Shown in pieces: positions 9,223-19,633 of a DNA stretch of 64,000 nt. The notes beneath the pieces were generated by a model that was not told where the DNA came from, did no database searches, and saw only the letters and a program-made list of their open reading frames with translations. Source of the DNA: Acidimicrobiia bacterium (GTDB taxonomy: Bacteria > Actinomycetota > Acidimicrobiia > Spongiisociales > ZC4RG35); the NCBI GenBank assembly GCA_015488325.1, contig WFOA01000010.1:15945-79944 (forward strand). The letters run 5' to 3'. The position numbers and the translations under genes were made by a program. Every line of letters begins with the position of its first letter. The stretch's first letter is position 1.

Positions 9223-10404
9223 GTGAGTTCGACATCACGGCCGCGGGTGCTGTTCTTGGGGAACGTGTTCCCCGTCCCTGCCGACGACGGCACCAAGATC
9301 CGGATCCGGAATCTGGTCGAGGCGGTGGCGACGGTCGCCGACGTCGACGTGTTCACCCTGTACGGCCCCGACGATCCCCTCGGCACCGCGGCCGACCTCG
9401 GGGTGGCGCGCCTCGGCGGCGTCTCCCGCAACCGGGCGTGGAGACCTCGCTCCCCGCTCCGATGGCCGGTGTCGCCCCTGCCGCGACCGTGGGCCTCCCG
9501 GGACGTGTCGGCCGCCCGGGAGGCCCTGTCGGCCTTCACCCGAGGTTCCTACGACCTCGTCTGGTACTGCCGGGTCGAGACGTTCCTCACCTTTGGTCCG
9601 GTCCCGGCGTCCCGCCGCCTGCTCGACGTCGACGTCCTGGAGGAGGAGCGGATCGCCACCTCCGTCGAAGCGGGGAAGGGTTCACCGCTGCGGACCTTCG
9701 CCGCCTTCGTCGACCGGGCACGGTGGCGAAGGCTCGAGAGGCGGGTCGTCGACGCCGTGGACGTCGCCTTCGTCTGCAGCGACGCCGACCGGCGCCACCT
9801 GGGAGGCGACGGCGTGGTGGTCGTCCCCAACGGCTACGAGGAGACCCGGTCGCTGCCGGCCGTCACGCCGGAGCACCCAACCGTCGGGTTCGTCGGCTCC
9901 TTCGCCTACGGGCCGAACGTCGACGCCGCCCGGGTCCTCGTGGAAGAGGTGATGCCGCGGGTCCGGGCACGGGTGCCCCAGGCACGCCTCCTCCTCGTCG
10001 GCAAACACGGCGACGAGCTGTTCGGCGTCGACCGCCCCGACTGGGTGGAGGCCACCGGCTACGTCGACGAGGTGGAACCCTGGCTGGCCCACATCGACGT
10101 GATGGCGGTGCCGATCAGGTATGGGGGCGGCACCCGGATCAAGATCCTCGAAGCCCTCTGCCACCGGATCCCGTTGGCCGCATACCGGTACGCGGTGGCC
10201 GGGATCGACGTGGCCGACGGGGTCCATGCCCGCCTCGTCGAGGACGCCGAGGGACTCGCCGCGGCCGTGGTGGCGCTGCTGGAAGACGCCGACTCGGCGG
10301 CCCGGCTGGCGGAGGCCGGGCGACGACTCTTCGAGGAGCGCTACCGCTGGGCTGCCATCCGCACACAGGTCGCCGGCCTCGTCGCCGACCTCGTTCAGAG
10401 GTAG
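9223..10404 (+). CDS. glycosyltransferase family 4 (GT-B fold)
   Basis: GT4 C-terminal domain (VGFVGSFAYGPNVDAA...LLLVGK...IDVMAVPIRYGGGTRIKILEAL). GTG at 9223 with upstream GAGGAAG chosen because the ORF-track ATG at 9115 would overlap the divergent GT2 start. Confidence 0.7.
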   Translation: MSSTSRPRVLFLGNVFPVPADDGTKIRIRNLVEAVATVADVDVFTLYGPDDPLGTAADLGVARLGGVSRNRAWRPRSPLRWPVSPLPRPWASRDVSAAREALSAFTRGSYDLVWYCRVETFLTFGPVPASRRLLDVDVLEEERIATSVEAGKGSPLRTFAAFVDRARWRRLERRVVDAVDVAFVCSDADRRHLGGDGVVVVPNGYEETRSLPAVTPEHPTVGFVGSFAYGPNVDAARVLVEEVMPRVRARVPQARLLLVGKHGDELFGVDRPDWVEATGYVDEVEPWLAHIDVMAVPIRYGGGTRIKILEALCHRIPLAAYRYAVAGIDVADGVHARLVEDAEGLAAAVVALLEDADSAARLAEAGRRLFEERYRWAAIRTQVAGLVADLVQR

Positions 10405-11324
10405 AGCACCCGGTACCGCACCGAACCGACGAGACGTCCCAGGCGCAGCCCCGCCCCTTTGATCCATTCCCGTCGGCGGCGGGAGGAGACGACGAGGGGG
10501 AGACGAGCGACGAGCGACACGTAGGCCCGGAGCGTCGACAGCACCCCCGGATGGGGCATGTACTCGGCGCCGTAGACCCGGCGGGCGAGAGCCTGCTCGA
10601 CGCCCCACCGTACCCGTTGCCGCCACAGGGACCAGGCGTCGTCCCGGATCCGGTACCAGATCTCGGCGTCGGGGACCGACACGTACGCGAGGCCTCCTCG
10701 CTGCAGCCGCCACGACAGGTCGAGTTCGGAGAGGTGGGACGGATAGTCCTCTCGGAACCCTCCCAGGGCCCTCCACAGGTCGGCCCGCATGGCGAAGTTG
10801 GCGCTGGAGGCGTGGGATGCGGCCGCGGGCGACCGTCCCCAGGGCTGTGTGTCACGGTCGGGATGGTCGGAGGGATGCATGGGACCCGCGCCCGCAGGCG
10901 CCGACGCCAGGGCCTCGACGAACGCAGAGATCCACCTGGTCGACACCCGGTCGTCGGCGTCGCAGAAACAGAGGATGTCTGCGTCGGTGGACTTGGCGCC
11001 GATGTTGCGGGCAGCCGGGGATCCGACCGGTTCGGGAACGGAGATCACCTGGAGGGCGGGGAGGCGCTCTCGGAAGCCCTCGGCGACGGCGCGGGTACCG
11101 TCGGTCGACCCGTCGTCGACCACCACCACCTCCCAGGGACCTTCGTAGTCTTGGGCTTCGAGGGCTTCGAGCTGCTCGGCGAGATGACGGGCCGCGTTCC
11201 GGGCCGGGATCACGACGGCGACCCTCGGGTTGGGACCCGGCGGGCGGCTCACCTCCGAGAGATCCGGCACATCCCAGGGGGCGAGGTCGTCGAGGCCCAT
11301 ACGGTGAGGATACCGAGGGTCCAT
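10395..11324 (-). CDS. glycosyltransferase family 2 (paralog of 12876-13739)
   Basis: RVAVVIPARNAARHL...VVVVDDGSTDGTR...CDADD motifs. C-terminal RYRVLYL tail shared with the GT2 at 12876-13739. Start at internal ATG (MDPRYPH...). Confidence 0.75.
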   Translation of the reverse strand: MDPRYPHRMGLDDLAPWDVPDLSEVSRPPGPNPRVAVVIPARNAARHLAEQLEALEAQDYEGPWEVVVVDDGSTDGTRAVAEGFRERLPALQVISVPEPVGSPAARNIGAKSTDADILCFCDADDRVSTRWISAFVEALASAPAGAGPMHPSDHPDRDTQPWGRSPAAASHASSANFAMRADLWRALGGFREDYPSHLSELDLSWRLQRGGLAYVSVPDAEIWYRIRDDAWSLWRQRVRWGVEQALARRVYGAEYMPHPGVLSTLRAYVSLVARLPLVVSSRRRREWIKGAGLRLGRLVGSVRYRVLYL

Positions 11325-11433
11325 GCGGGTCCCCGACCGCGGGCTAGCCTGCCCCGCAGTCGTGACCGAGGGTGGAGTGGCGGACAGGGCGGAGATCCCC
11401 AGAGGAGACGAGGAGGGGCTGAAAGCCGGCGCG

Positions 11434-12897
11434 ATGGCGGGCGGTCGCTGGTCGGCGACCTCCAGCATCGGCCGTCAACTCGTCACCACCCTCGCCACCG
11501 TCGTCCTGGCTCGGCTCCTCGCCCCCGCCGACTACGGGATCGCGGTGGCCGTCACCGTCATCCTCGGCGTCTTCGAGCTGATGTCACAGTTCGGAATCGG
11601 CCAGTCCCTGGTCCGTCACCGTCGACTCGACCCCTCGACCACGTCGACGACGTTCTGGGCCTCGCTGATCATCGCCGGGGTGGTCTCGACCAGCGTCGTG
11701 GTGTTCGCCGACCCGCTGGGGAGCCTCATCGGCCAGGAGGCTCTGGGGCCGTTCCTCCGGCTGGCGGCGGTCGGGTTGGCGGTCTCGATGGCGGCTTCGG
11801 TGCCTGCAGGTCTGCTCACCCGGCAGATGGAATGGTCGAAGCTGACGATGATCCAGCTCGCCGGGTCGATCGTCCAGTTCTCGGTGGCGGTGGGGTTGGC
11901 GGCGACGACGGCGCTCGGGGCGTGGGTCCTCATCATCGGACGGGTGGCCGGGTCGGCCTTCCAGTTCGTCGGCCTCTTCTGGGCGGCACGGTGGACCCCG
12001 ACCTGGGAGTTCTCCCCGGCGGTGCTCCGCCGGGACCTCTCCTTCAACCTGGGGTTCTGGAGCACCTACGTCACCTCGTATGTGGCGAAGAACCTGGACT
12101 ACTGGGTGGTGGGCCGGCTGTTGGGGGCTGCCGTGCTGGGCGTCTATTACATCGCCTACGTGCTGCCGGTGCTCGTCCGCCAGCGCATCACCCGGGTCCT
12201 GGAGGGTGTCTTGTATCCGGTCATGGCACGGGTCGCCGACGACCGCCGCCGTCTCGAAGCCGTGTACGTCGAAGCCCTCGGGTTCTCCACCTTCGTCACC
12301 CTCCCGGCGGTGCTGGGCCTGGTCGCCGTCGCCGACCTCGTCGTCCCCCTGTTCTTCGGTACCCAATGGTCCGGGGCGGTGGCACCGATGCGGATCCTGG
12401 CGCTGGCGACCGCCTTCGACGCCCTCCTCCCCGTCGGCACCGCCCTGTTCCTGGCCCTCGGCCTCCCCGGCCGCAACGCCGTCATCACCACCTCCCGGGT
12501 GGTGACGATGGTCGTCGTCTTGGCCGTGGTGGCCGGGTCCCGGGACCTCACCTCGATCGCGTGGGCGGTCGCCGCCGGGTCGGTGACGGCCGTCGTCGTG
12601 GCGTTCCGCCTCGTCGTCCGCCGGGCCGGCGTGTCGCCCCGCTCCTTCGCATCCGCGGTGCTCGCCCCGAGCGTCACCTCGGCGGCGATGCTCGGTGTCG
12701 TCGTCGCGACCCGCCAGTTCACCTTCGTCGGCGGCCTGGGCGACCTCCCCCAACTCGTCGTCGCCGTCGTCGTAGGGATCGTCGCCTACACGGTGCTCGG
12801 GATGGGACTGTTCCGCCGCCGATACCGGAAGTATTTCGCCGACCTCGCAACCCTGGTCGGCTTCGACCGGATCCGTCAGAGGACCAGCACCCGATAG
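11434..12897 (+). CDS. polysaccharide biosynthesis protein / Wzx-type oligosaccharide flippase (MOP superfamily)
   Basis: About 12 predicted TM helices with the typical MOP/Wzx layout. ATG at 11434 is preceded by GAGGAGACGAGGAGGGG. Divergent from the GT2 gene. Confidence 0.75.
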   Translation: MAGGRWSATSSIGRQLVTTLATVVLARLLAPADYGIAVAVTVILGVFELMSQFGIGQSLVRHRRLDPSTTSTTFWASLIIAGVVSTSVVVFADPLGSLIGQEALGPFLRLAAVGLAVSMAASVPAGLLTRQMEWSKLTMIQLAGSIVQFSVAVGLAATTALGAWVLIIGRVAGSAFQFVGLFWAARWTPTWEFSPAVLRRDLSFNLGFWSTYVTSYVAKNLDYWVVGRLLGAAVLGVYYIAYVLPVLVRQRITRVLEGVLYPVMARVADDRRRLEAVYVEALGFSTFVTLPAVLGLVAVADLVVPLFFGTQWSGAVAPMRILALATAFDALLPVGTALFLALGLPGRNAVITTSRVVTMVVVLAVVAGSRDLTSIAWAVAAGSVTAVVVAFRLVVRRAGVSPRSFASAVLAPSVTSAAMLGVVVATRQFTFVGGLGDLPQLVVAVVVGIVAYTVLGMGLFRRRYRKYFADLATLVGFDRIRQRTSTR

Positions 12898-13739
12898 CGG
12901 AACGCCCCTTCCAGGCGCCCCAGACGGAAGCCGAGCATCCAGGCGAAGCGGAAACGACCCGACCGGGAAGCGAGGAGGGGCAGGCCGGCGAACAGGCGTG
13001 CCCACCCCTTCAGGCCGGAGGTGAGCCGCAGCGGCGGCATCCCCTGGGGCTCGTAGCGGAGGTGCAGAGCGACGTCCGCCACCGCGTAGGCCCGGGCCTG
13101 GCGGAGGACCCCTCGGGTGTCGTGGCGGAGGCGGTAGTGGACCACGGCGTCGGCGGCGAAATGGAGTTCGTGACCGGCGAGCTGCATCCGCCAGCAGAAG
13201 TCGGTGTCGGGGAGAGAGGGAAGCGACTCGTCGAACCCTCCGACCGCCTGGGCCGCCTTCCGGTTCACCCCGAGGTTGGCTCCGGCCGCGTGGGGGAGGA
13301 AGCCGTATTTGTTCTGGGGACGGTCCGGTTGAGGGTTCGTACGGGTGGCCAGCACCCAGGGAGGGTTGAGTTCGGTGAGGTCGAGGGGTCCGGTGACGAG
13401 GGAGTGGGTGTCGAGGGCCCGGCTCATGGCGCCGACCCACCCGCGGCCGACGACGTCGTCGGCGTCGCAGAAGGCGATCTTGTCCGACGCCGCCTCGGCA
13501 AGACCCACGTTCCGGGCATGGGGTTCCCCTGCCCGCCGGAAGGCGTCGACGATCCGCAAGGGCAGCCGGGAGGCGAAGGCCTGGGCGACGTCCCGGGTCC
13601 GGTCGGTACTGCGGTTGTCCACCACCACCACCTCGAAGGACCCGGGATCGACCTGGCGGGTCAGGGCTTCGAGCTGGTCCGCCAACGTCGCCTCGGCGTT
13701 GAAGGCGGGGATGACGACGCTGAGCTCGGGTACCTCCAT
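12876..13739 (-). CDS. glycosyltransferase family 2
   Basis: MEVPELSVVIPAFNAEATL...VVVVDNRSTDRTR...CDADD motifs. C-terminal FRYRVLVL tail. Confidence 0.85.
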   Translation of the reverse strand: MEVPELSVVIPAFNAEATLADQLEALTRQVDPGSFEVVVVDNRSTDRTRDVAQAFASRLPLRIVDAFRRAGEPHARNVGLAEAASDKIAFCDADDVVGRGWVGAMSRALDTHSLVTGPLDLTELNPPWVLATRTNPQPDRPQNKYGFLPHAAGANLGVNRKAAQAVGGFDESLPSLPDTDFCWRMQLAGHELHFAADAVVHYRLRHDTRGVLRQARAYAVADVALHLRYEPQGMPPLRLTSGLKGWARLFAGLPLLASRSGRFRFAWMLGFRLGRLEGAFRYRVLVL

Positions 13740-13754
13740 CTTCGTGTCCCGGCC

Positions 13755-14906
13755 TCAGCCGCCCCTCGGGTCGGGGCCGGCAGAGACGACCCTTCGGGCG
13801 ATGTCTCGCCACAGGTCCACGGCGAGGCTCTCGGGAAGGGAGACGTCGGCGGTCTGGAGGACGGCTCCGCGGGGCACCGGCCGTTCGACGACGGCGTCGC
13901 GAATCAGCCCGATGGGGACGTGCTCGGGATGGTCGACGATGCGGACCGCCCGGCCCCGGAGATCGAAGGATCCGATCCCCCGGTCGAGACGGTCGCCGGG
14001 ATGCAGGTCCCGTTTCGCCACGGCCGCCAGGGACAGCTCGGGGCGAGCCGAGTTGTCGAGGAGCACCCCGCCCCCTTCCGTCACCCGTCGGATCGTCTTG
14101 AGGATCTCCAGATGCACGAAGATGTTGGGTCGGACGAGGGTGTAGTAGGGCCCGTCGCCCATCTTGTAGTACCGCAGGGCCGGGGCCTGGTCGGGGTCGT
14201 GGGTGGCGACGATGAACACGCCGTGGCTGAGATGGGGTGAGACGACGAAGTCGGTCACCGGCCGCCCCACCTTCTCCGCCAGCGACGCCAGGCGGGCGGC
14301 GCCGTCGGACAGGTCGTCGACCGCCGCCCCTTCCATGCCGTCGGGCCCGATGGTGGCACCGAAACGGTTCCCGACGAGGACCTGTTCGGCTTCGACCTTG
14401 GTGCCGTCGGTGAAGGCGGTCACCATCGGGAGGCTGATGCCCTGACGCTCGGCCCAATACTCCATCTCGTCGGGGGTGGGATCCCGGTTGAGGAACCCTT
14501 TCATGTTCCCGTAGGCGACGGGCCGAAAGCCCATCGCCACTGCCTCTTCGTGCAGCTCGGCGAGACAGCCCGGCTGGTCGCCGGCGGCTTCGGTCACGAC
14601 CCCTCGGCCGACGAAAGCCGAGCCGGTGGTGATGTGGAACTCGGTGTTCATGGTGACGACCGGGACGCCGCGGTCGACGGCCGCGGCCACCACGTCGGTC
14701 GCCCAGATGGGATCACCCGAGCATTCGACGACGACGTCGGCGTGGTCGACGAGCTCGTCGATCGAACGGGTGACCAGGTCGTCGTCGAAGACGTCCACCG
14801 TCCGACGTCGGGTGAGCACCTTGACGATACGGGCCGTGTCCCTCCGCCGGACTTCGGTGGCGAAGTTCCGGGCGATGAAGCCGGTTCCGACCAGACCCAG
14901 GTTCAT
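13755..14906 (-). CDS. NAD(P)-binding oxidoreductase with C-terminal SAF domain (COG4091-like 'predicted homoserine dehydrogenase' family, typical of sugar-modification clusters)
   Basis: N-terminal Rossmann motif ([15 protein letters not shown]). Start ATG overlaps the rmlA stop (ATGA). The long upstream extension in the ORF track is a compositional artefact. Confidence 0.65.
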   Translation of the reverse strand: MNLGLVGTGFIARNFATEVRRRDTARIVKVLTRRRTVDVFDDDLVTRSIDELVDHADVVVECSGDPIWATDVVAAAVDRGVPVVTMNTEFHITTGSAFVGRGVVTEAAGDQPGCLAELHEEAVAMGFRPVAYGNMKGFLNRDPTPDEMEYWAERQGISLPMVTAFTDGTKVEAEQVLVGNRFGATIGPDGMEGAAVDDLSDGAARLASLAEKVGRPVTDFVVSPHLSHGVFIVATHDPDQAPALRYYKMGDGPYYTLVRPNIFVHLEILKTIRRVTEGGGVLLDNSARPELSLAAVAKRDLHPGDRLDRGIGSFDLRGRAVRIVDHPEHVPIGLIRDAVVERPVPRGAVLQTADVSLPESLAVDLWRDIARRVVSAGPDPRGG

Positions 14907-15808
14907 CGGATCGGCCTCGACCGGGGTGCCCAGCCGCTGAAGGGCTGGTCCAACAGCTCGAGCAGGTACTGGCCGTACTGGGAGGAACGCATGGCACCGG
15001 CGAGCCGGCGGACCTGTTCGGCGTCGATGTAGCCCATCCGCCAGGCGATCTCCTCGGGGGCTGCGATCTGCAGACCCTGGCGGCGTTGGATCGTGGCGAT
15101 GAAGTTGGAGGCTTCGAGCAGGGCGTCGTGGGTTCCCGTGTCCATCCAGGTGGTTCCCCGGCCCAAGAGCTGCACCGACAGTCGGCCCTGTTCCAGATAC
15201 ACCCTGTTGAGGTCGGTGATCTCGAGTTCGCCCCGGGCCGACGGTTTCAGGCCTTTGGCGATGGAGGAGACGTCGCCGTCGTAGAAGTAGAGCCCGGTGA
15301 CGGCGAAGTTCGAACGGGGCCGTTCCGGTTTCTCCTCGATGGACAGCACCGTGCCCTTCTCGTCGAACTCGATCACCCCGTACCGCCGGGGGTCTCGCAC
15401 GTAGTAGGCGAACACGAGGGCCCCTTCGGTGAGGGCGGCGGCCTCCTGCACCCGGTCGGTGATGCCGTAGCCGAAGAAGATGTTGTCGCCGAGGATCAAA
15501 GCGACGGGGTCGCCGTCGACGAACCGTTCCCCGACGATGAAGGCGTCCGCCAGGCCCCGCGGTTCGGGCTGAAAGGCGTACGAGAAGCTGAGTCCCCACT
15601 GACTGCCGTCTCCGAGGACGTTGTGGAAGCTGGGGGCGTCGCCGGGGTTGGTGATGACGAGGATGTCGCGGATCCCGGCCAGCATCAGCACCGAGAGCGG
15701 GTAGTAGATCATCGGCTTGTCGAACACCGGTAGGAGCTGTTTGGAGACCCCCCGGGTGACGGGGGCCAGCCGGGTCCCCGAGCCGGCAGCGAGGATGATC
15801 CCTTTCAT
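14903..15808 (-). CDS. rmlA: glucose-1-phosphate thymidylyltransferase
   Basis: [39 protein letters not shown]... is the canonical RmlA/RfbA N-terminus. ATGA overlap with the upstream epimerase stop. Confidence 0.9.
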   Translation of the reverse strand: MKGIILAAGSGTRLAPVTRGVSKQLLPVFDKPMIYYPLSVLMLAGIRDILVITNPGDAPSFHNVLGDGSQWGLSFSYAFQPEPRGLADAFIVGERFVDGDPVALILGDNIFFGYGITDRVQEAAALTEGALVFAYYVRDPRRYGVIEFDEKGTVLSIEEKPERPRSNFAVTGLYFYDGDVSSIAKGLKPSARGELEITDLNRVYLEQGRLSVQLLGRGTTWMDTGTHDALLEASNFIATIQRRQGLQIAAPEEIAWRMGYIDAEQVRRLAGAMRSSQYGQYLLELLDQPFSGWAPRSRPIR

Positions 15809-16842
15809 CCCTCCGGCTCCAGGTCGATGAGAGCTCCGTCGAGCTCCACTTCGGCGAGACGGCGGCGCCATTCGGTGAGCAGCCGGTACCACTCGAGGGT
15901 GATGGTGTCGGGGGTCCGGTCGGTGAGACCCGCCGAGAGGGCCTCCACCACCTCCTGGACCCCGTCGATGGCGGTGAGTTCCGCCTTGTACCCCCGGGAT
16001 TCGATCTTGTCGAAGCACACCCGGTAGGACCGGTGGTCGGGGTCTCCGTACCATTCGATCTCGACGTCGTCGCCCACCGTTTCGGCGACGAGCCGGCCGA
16101 GGGGCCCGATCTGGTACACGTTCGCCTCCGAGCCCACGTTGAAGATCTCCCCGCTCACGTCCGAATGGGGAGCTTCGATGGCCCAGATGAGGGCGCGGCT
16201 GGTGTCGGCGACGTGGACCATCGGGCGCCACTGGCTTCCGTCCCGCATCAGCGGGAGACGACGATGTTTCCACGCCCCGTACGTCATCCCGTTGATGGCC
16301 AGGTCGAAACGCATCCGCGGGGAGTAGCCGTACACCGTCGCCTGGCGGAGCACCACCACACCGAAGGTGTCGCAGGCCAGGGGCAGCACCCCCGCCTCGG
16401 CCCGCTCGTTGGCCTGGGCGTAGATGGTGAGGGGGTTGGTGGGATGGGTCTCGTCGGCCACCACGTCGGGGTCTTGGAACCCGTACACCGAACAGGAGCT
16501 CGGCAGCACGTATCGTTCCACCCCGGCTTCACGGGCCAGACGGGCGCATCGCACCCTCGCCTCGTAGTTGATCTGCCAGGTGGCTTCGGGGAAGAGGGCG
16601 CCGCTGGGGTCGTTGGAGATGGCGGCCAGGTCGATCACGTACCGGACCCCGGAGAAATGGTCGGGACGCAGGCGTCGGGTGTCTTCGGTGATCTTCTCCA
16701 CCCGGTCGTCGTCGGCGAGGCGGTCCCGCCCGAAGAAGAACCGGTCGATGACCCGTACCCGGTATCCCCGTTCGACCAGCATCGGGACCAGGGTGGTGCC
16801 GATGTATCCGCCGCCGCCGGTCACCATCACCAGATCACTCAT
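15805..16842 (-). CDS. NAD-dependent epimerase/dehydratase family protein (extended SDR)
   Basis: [14 protein letters not shown] Rossmann motif. The active-site region reads [11 protein letters not shown], i.e. Y-x3-N where extended SDRs normally have Y-x3-K. Overlaps rmlC (ATGA). Confidence 0.8.
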   Translation of the reverse strand: MSDLVMVTGGGGYIGTTLVPMLVERGYRVRVIDRFFFGRDRLADDDRVEKITEDTRRLRPDHFSGVRYVIDLAAISNDPSGALFPEATWQINYEARVRCARLAREAGVERYVLPSSCSVYGFQDPDVVADETHPTNPLTIYAQANERAEAGVLPLACDTFGVVVLRQATVYGYSPRMRFDLAINGMTYGAWKHRRLPLMRDGSQWRPMVHVADTSRALIWAIEAPHSDVSGEIFNVGSEANVYQIGPLGRLVAETVGDDVEIEWYGDPDHRSYRVCFDKIESRGYKAELTAIDGVQEVVEALSAGLTDRTPDTITLEWYRLLTEWRRRLAEVELDGALIDLEPEG

Positions 16843-17411
16843 GGGGTCTCCTCGTCGTAGGTGAAGTACACGGGCAGGTCGGCGAAGCGGGGCTGTCTCC
16901 GGTCTTTCTCGGAGACGATGGCCTCGTCGGGGGCCACCGGCCAGTCGATCCCGAGGTCGGGGTCGTCCCAGGCCACCCCCCGGTCCACGTCGGGTGACCA
17001 GTGACTCGTGACCTTGTACAGGACTTCGGTGTTGGGTTGGAGGGTGCAGAACCCGTGGGCGAAGCCCACCGGCACGTAGACCTGGTTCCAGGCCTCCGCC
17101 GACAGTTCGACGGCGACGTGCCGCCCGAAGGTGGGTGAACCTCTGCGGAGGTCGACGAGGACGTCGAAGACGGCTCCGGCGGTGACCCGCACCAGCTTGG
17201 ACGTGGCCGCCGGGGGGACCTGGAAGTGGAGACCGCGTACCACTCCGACGTCCACCGAGAGGGAGTGGTTGTCTTGAACGAAGTCATCGTGGATGCCCAG
17301 CTCGGCGAGGGTTCGGCGGTTGTACACCTCGGAGAAGAAGCCCCGTTCGTCTCGGTGACGGTCCGGTACGAACAGCCACGCCCCCGGCAGCTCGAGCTCG
17401 ATCGCTTCCAC
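16839..17411 (-). CDS. rmlC: dTDP-4-dehydrorhamnose 3,5-epimerase
   Basis: RmlC cupin motifs (DERGFFSE, RGLHFQ, HGFCTL). GTG start (VEAIELEL...) preferred over the GTG 18 nt upstream. Confidence 0.85.
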   Translation of the reverse strand: MEAIELELPGAWLFVPDRHRDERGFFSEVYNRRTLAELGIHDDFVQDNHSLSVDVGVVRGLHFQVPPAATSKLVRVTAGAVFDVLVDLRRGSPTFGRHVAVELSAEAWNQVYVPVGFAHGFCTLQPNTEVLYKVTSHWSPDVDRGVAWDDPDLGIDWPVAPDEAIVSEKDRRQPRFADLPVYFTYDEETP

Positions 17412-17500
17412 CTGGCCTCCCCTCCACACCCACGGTCATGTTACCCGCCGGCACCGGGCCGACAAGGTGCGTCTCGAACCCCGCCGGAGCGTTTCCCAGG

Positions 17501-18679
17501 TCACCGCCCCAGCACCTCGTGGTAGAGACGCTCCAACTCGGCGGCCACTCGGTCCGGGCGAAATCCCTGCTCCACCACCCGTTTGGCGGCGGCACCGAGG
17601 CGGGCCCGCAGCTCGGCGTCTTCCGCCAGCTCGACGATCGCCGCCGCCAGCGCCTCAGGGTCCTGGGGTGGGACCGTGAGACCGCTTTCGCGGTCGGTGA
17701 CGACGTCGCTCATCGGGGGAACACCGGTGACGACGACCGCGCATTCGGCGGCCATCGCCTGCAGCATCGCCACCCCGATCCCTTCGAACAGGGAAGGGAA
17801 GGCGAAGACGTCGGCGGCCGCCAACAGGTCGACGACGTCACGGCGGTGCCCGAGGAACCGCATTCGGTCGCCGAGACCGGACGCGGCGAGCCGTCTCCGG
17901 AGGTCGTCGCTGAGACTGCCCGGCGTGCCGGCGACCAGGGCCCGAGCGGTGGGGATCCGGTCCACCACGAGCCGCATCGCTTCGATCAGGTAGCGCTGAC
18001 CCTTCTGGGGGGCTTCCCGGCCGATGTTCACCACGAGGAAGGTGTCCTCTGCCCAACCCATCTCCCCGAGGATCCGCTTCCGGGCGGCCTCACGGCCGCC
18101 GACGGGGACGAGATCGGCCGGGTCGACCGCCCGGGGGATGACGGCGATCCGTTCGTCGGCGATACGAGCGGTGTCTCTCCACGACCGAGCCACCTCCCCG
18201 GAGATGGCATGGAAACGGGTGACCAGCCGCATGGTGGTGGTGTCCACCACCTGGTAGGCCCGCAGCTTCCACCAGGCCAACGGGTTGTCGAGGGATTTCA
18301 CCTTCTCGTTGGCGATGTTCACCAGGGTCTCCACCACAGGAACGCGGAGGCGACGCCCGGCGAACCGGGCCGCCAAGGCGGCGTCGGCGAGGGAGCAGTG
18401 GACGAGGTCCGGCTCCAGATCGCGAAGTACACGGATGAGGTCACGGGCCCGGGTCCAGGGCCCGGGACGGGCGACACCCTTCGGGTACAGGTGGACGACC
18501 GGCACGGTCGAAGGCACTTCGTCCCTTCGCGACGGATCGACTTCGTAGAGGCAGACGAGGCTGTGGCGCAGCTCGGGGTCGGTGAACGACCGGAGGTTGG
18601 TGACGAGTTGCTGTTCGGCCCCCCCGGTCGCCGCGATCGAGTTGATGACGTGGACGACATGCGCCCGTCTGCGCGTCAT
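17501..18679 (-). CDS. glycosyltransferase family 4
   Basis: Starts MTRRRAHVVHVINSIAATGGAEQQ. GT4 C-terminal signature (FAFPSLFEGIGVAMLQAMAAECAVVVT). Upstream ORF-track extension is an artefact. Confidence 0.8.
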   Translation of the reverse strand: MTRRRAHVVHVINSIAATGGAEQQLVTNLRSFTDPELRHSLVCLYEVDPSRRDEVPSTVPVVHLYPKGVARPGPWTRARDLIRVLRDLEPDLVHCSLADAALAARFAGRRLRVPVVETLVNIANEKVKSLDNPLAWWKLRAYQVVDTTTMRLVTRFHAISGEVARSWRDTARIADERIAVIPRAVDPADLVPVGGREAARKRILGEMGWAEDTFLVVNIGREAPQKGQRYLIEAMRLVVDRIPTARALVAGTPGSLSDDLRRRLAASGLGDRMRFLGHRRDVVDLLAAADVFAFPSLFEGIGVAMLQAMAAECAVVVTGVPPMSDVVTDRESGLTVPPQDPEALAAAIVELAEDAELRARLGAAAKRVVEQGFRPDRVAAELERLYHEVLGR

Positions 18680-18681
18680 GG

Positions 18682-18748
18682 TTCGGTGCGCTCCCGGCTC
18701 GGTGTCCTCCTCCGCCTCGACGAACCCGGCGTCTGCGGGCACCGAACC
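18682..18748 (-). promoter_or_regulatory. 10-bp inverted repeat GGTTCGGTGC...GCACCGAACC (47-nt spacer) in the 5' leader, abutting the GT4 start codon at 18679; possible RBS-occluding leader structure
   Basis: Arms at 18682-18691 and 18739-18748. No flanking A/T tract, so it is not a typical intrinsic terminator. Confidence 0.3.
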
Positions 18749-18846
18749 GTTCGCGTCGCTCCCCCGTCCGGCATGGGTTCCCCTCTCGAACGTCCACCGC
18801 GCATTATCGGACGCCGACGGGTTCAGGACCAAGTTCCCCACCTCGG

Positions 18847-19629
18847 TCACGGGCCCCGGTACCCCGACACCAATGACCGCACCCGATCTTCCAGGCTGAG
18901 GCCGCCACGCACCCGGGGCCCGAAGAACACCCGGCCGTCGGCCGCCTGCACGGGGATGCGGGGGATGCGGTGGCGGTCGGTTCCGGGCCCGACCGGGCCG
19001 GGACGTCCCAGCACGGCCGTCTCGTATCGCCGCCGGACCACCCCGTCGGCCCCCTCCGACCAGTAGCCCCACGGGTAGGCGAAATGGCGGGGCCGGATCC
19101 CCAGGCGCCGCTCGATGAGCTCGTCGGAGGCGGCGAGCTCGGATTCGACCTGGTCGGGCGCCAAGGAGCGTAGGTCGACGTGTCGATGGGTGTGAGCGCC
19201 GATCGTGACGAGGCCCGACGCCACCATCTCCTCCACCTGTTCCCAGCGCAACGGGCGGCCGTCGGGGTAGAGGGGCGTTCCCGTCTCGACGGGTTCGGTG
19301 GTGAGGAACAGGGTGAAGGGCATCTGCAAGTCGCGCAGCAGCGGGAACGCGTGCTCGTAGACATCGACGTAGCCGTCGTCGAAGGTGATCGCGACCTCCA
19401 GGGTCTCGCCATGACCGCCATCGACGGCCTGTTCGAAGGGGAGCACCCGGGCGTGCTCCGCCAACCAGGCGACATGGGCGCGAAACACCTCGGGGGTGAC
19501 GTCCATCTGGCGGGCGGATCCGCCCCCCACCTGGTGGTAGATGAGGATGCGGGGCCCGGCGACAGGCGAGAGGAGTGGGTCGGCCACGACCGCGGCCATC
19601 TTGAGGAGTCGCCGGATGAGGTGCGCCAT
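18847..19629 (-). CDS. polysaccharide deacetylase (NodB-homology, carbohydrate esterase family 4)
   Basis: NodB motifs (ITFDDGY, HTHRH, LRDLQMPFTLF). Confidence 0.8.
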   Translation of the reverse strand: MAHLIRRLLKMAAVVADPLLSPVAGPRILIYHQVGGGSARQMDVTPEVFRAHVAWLAEHARVLPFEQAVDGGHGETLEVAITFDDGYVDVYEHAFPLLRDLQMPFTLFLTTEPVETGTPLYPDGRPLRWEQVEEMVASGLVTIGAHTHRHVDLRSLAPDQVESELAASDELIERRLGIRPRHFAYPWGYWSEGADGVVRRRYETAVLGRPGPVGPGTDRHRIPRIPVQAADGRVFFGPRVRGGLSLEDRVRSLVSGYRGP

Positions 19630-19633
19630 GGCC

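Noticed and set aside
8238-9539. N-terminal 130-aa extension of the GT2 ORF, and the 9115 start of the neighbouring GT4
   Set aside because: The extensions would make the two divergent genes overlap by over 400 nt. The extension translations are S/R/T/P-rich, and canonical GT2/GT4 N-termini begin at the chosen internal starts.
9438-14240. 1600-aa plus-strand ORF and 957-aa minus-strand ORF (11584-14457) spanning several genes
   Set aside because: Both cross the boundaries of well-supported GT2/GT4/Wzx/SAF genes and have low-complexity R/G/P-rich translations. They arise because stop codons are rare in ~70% GC sequence.
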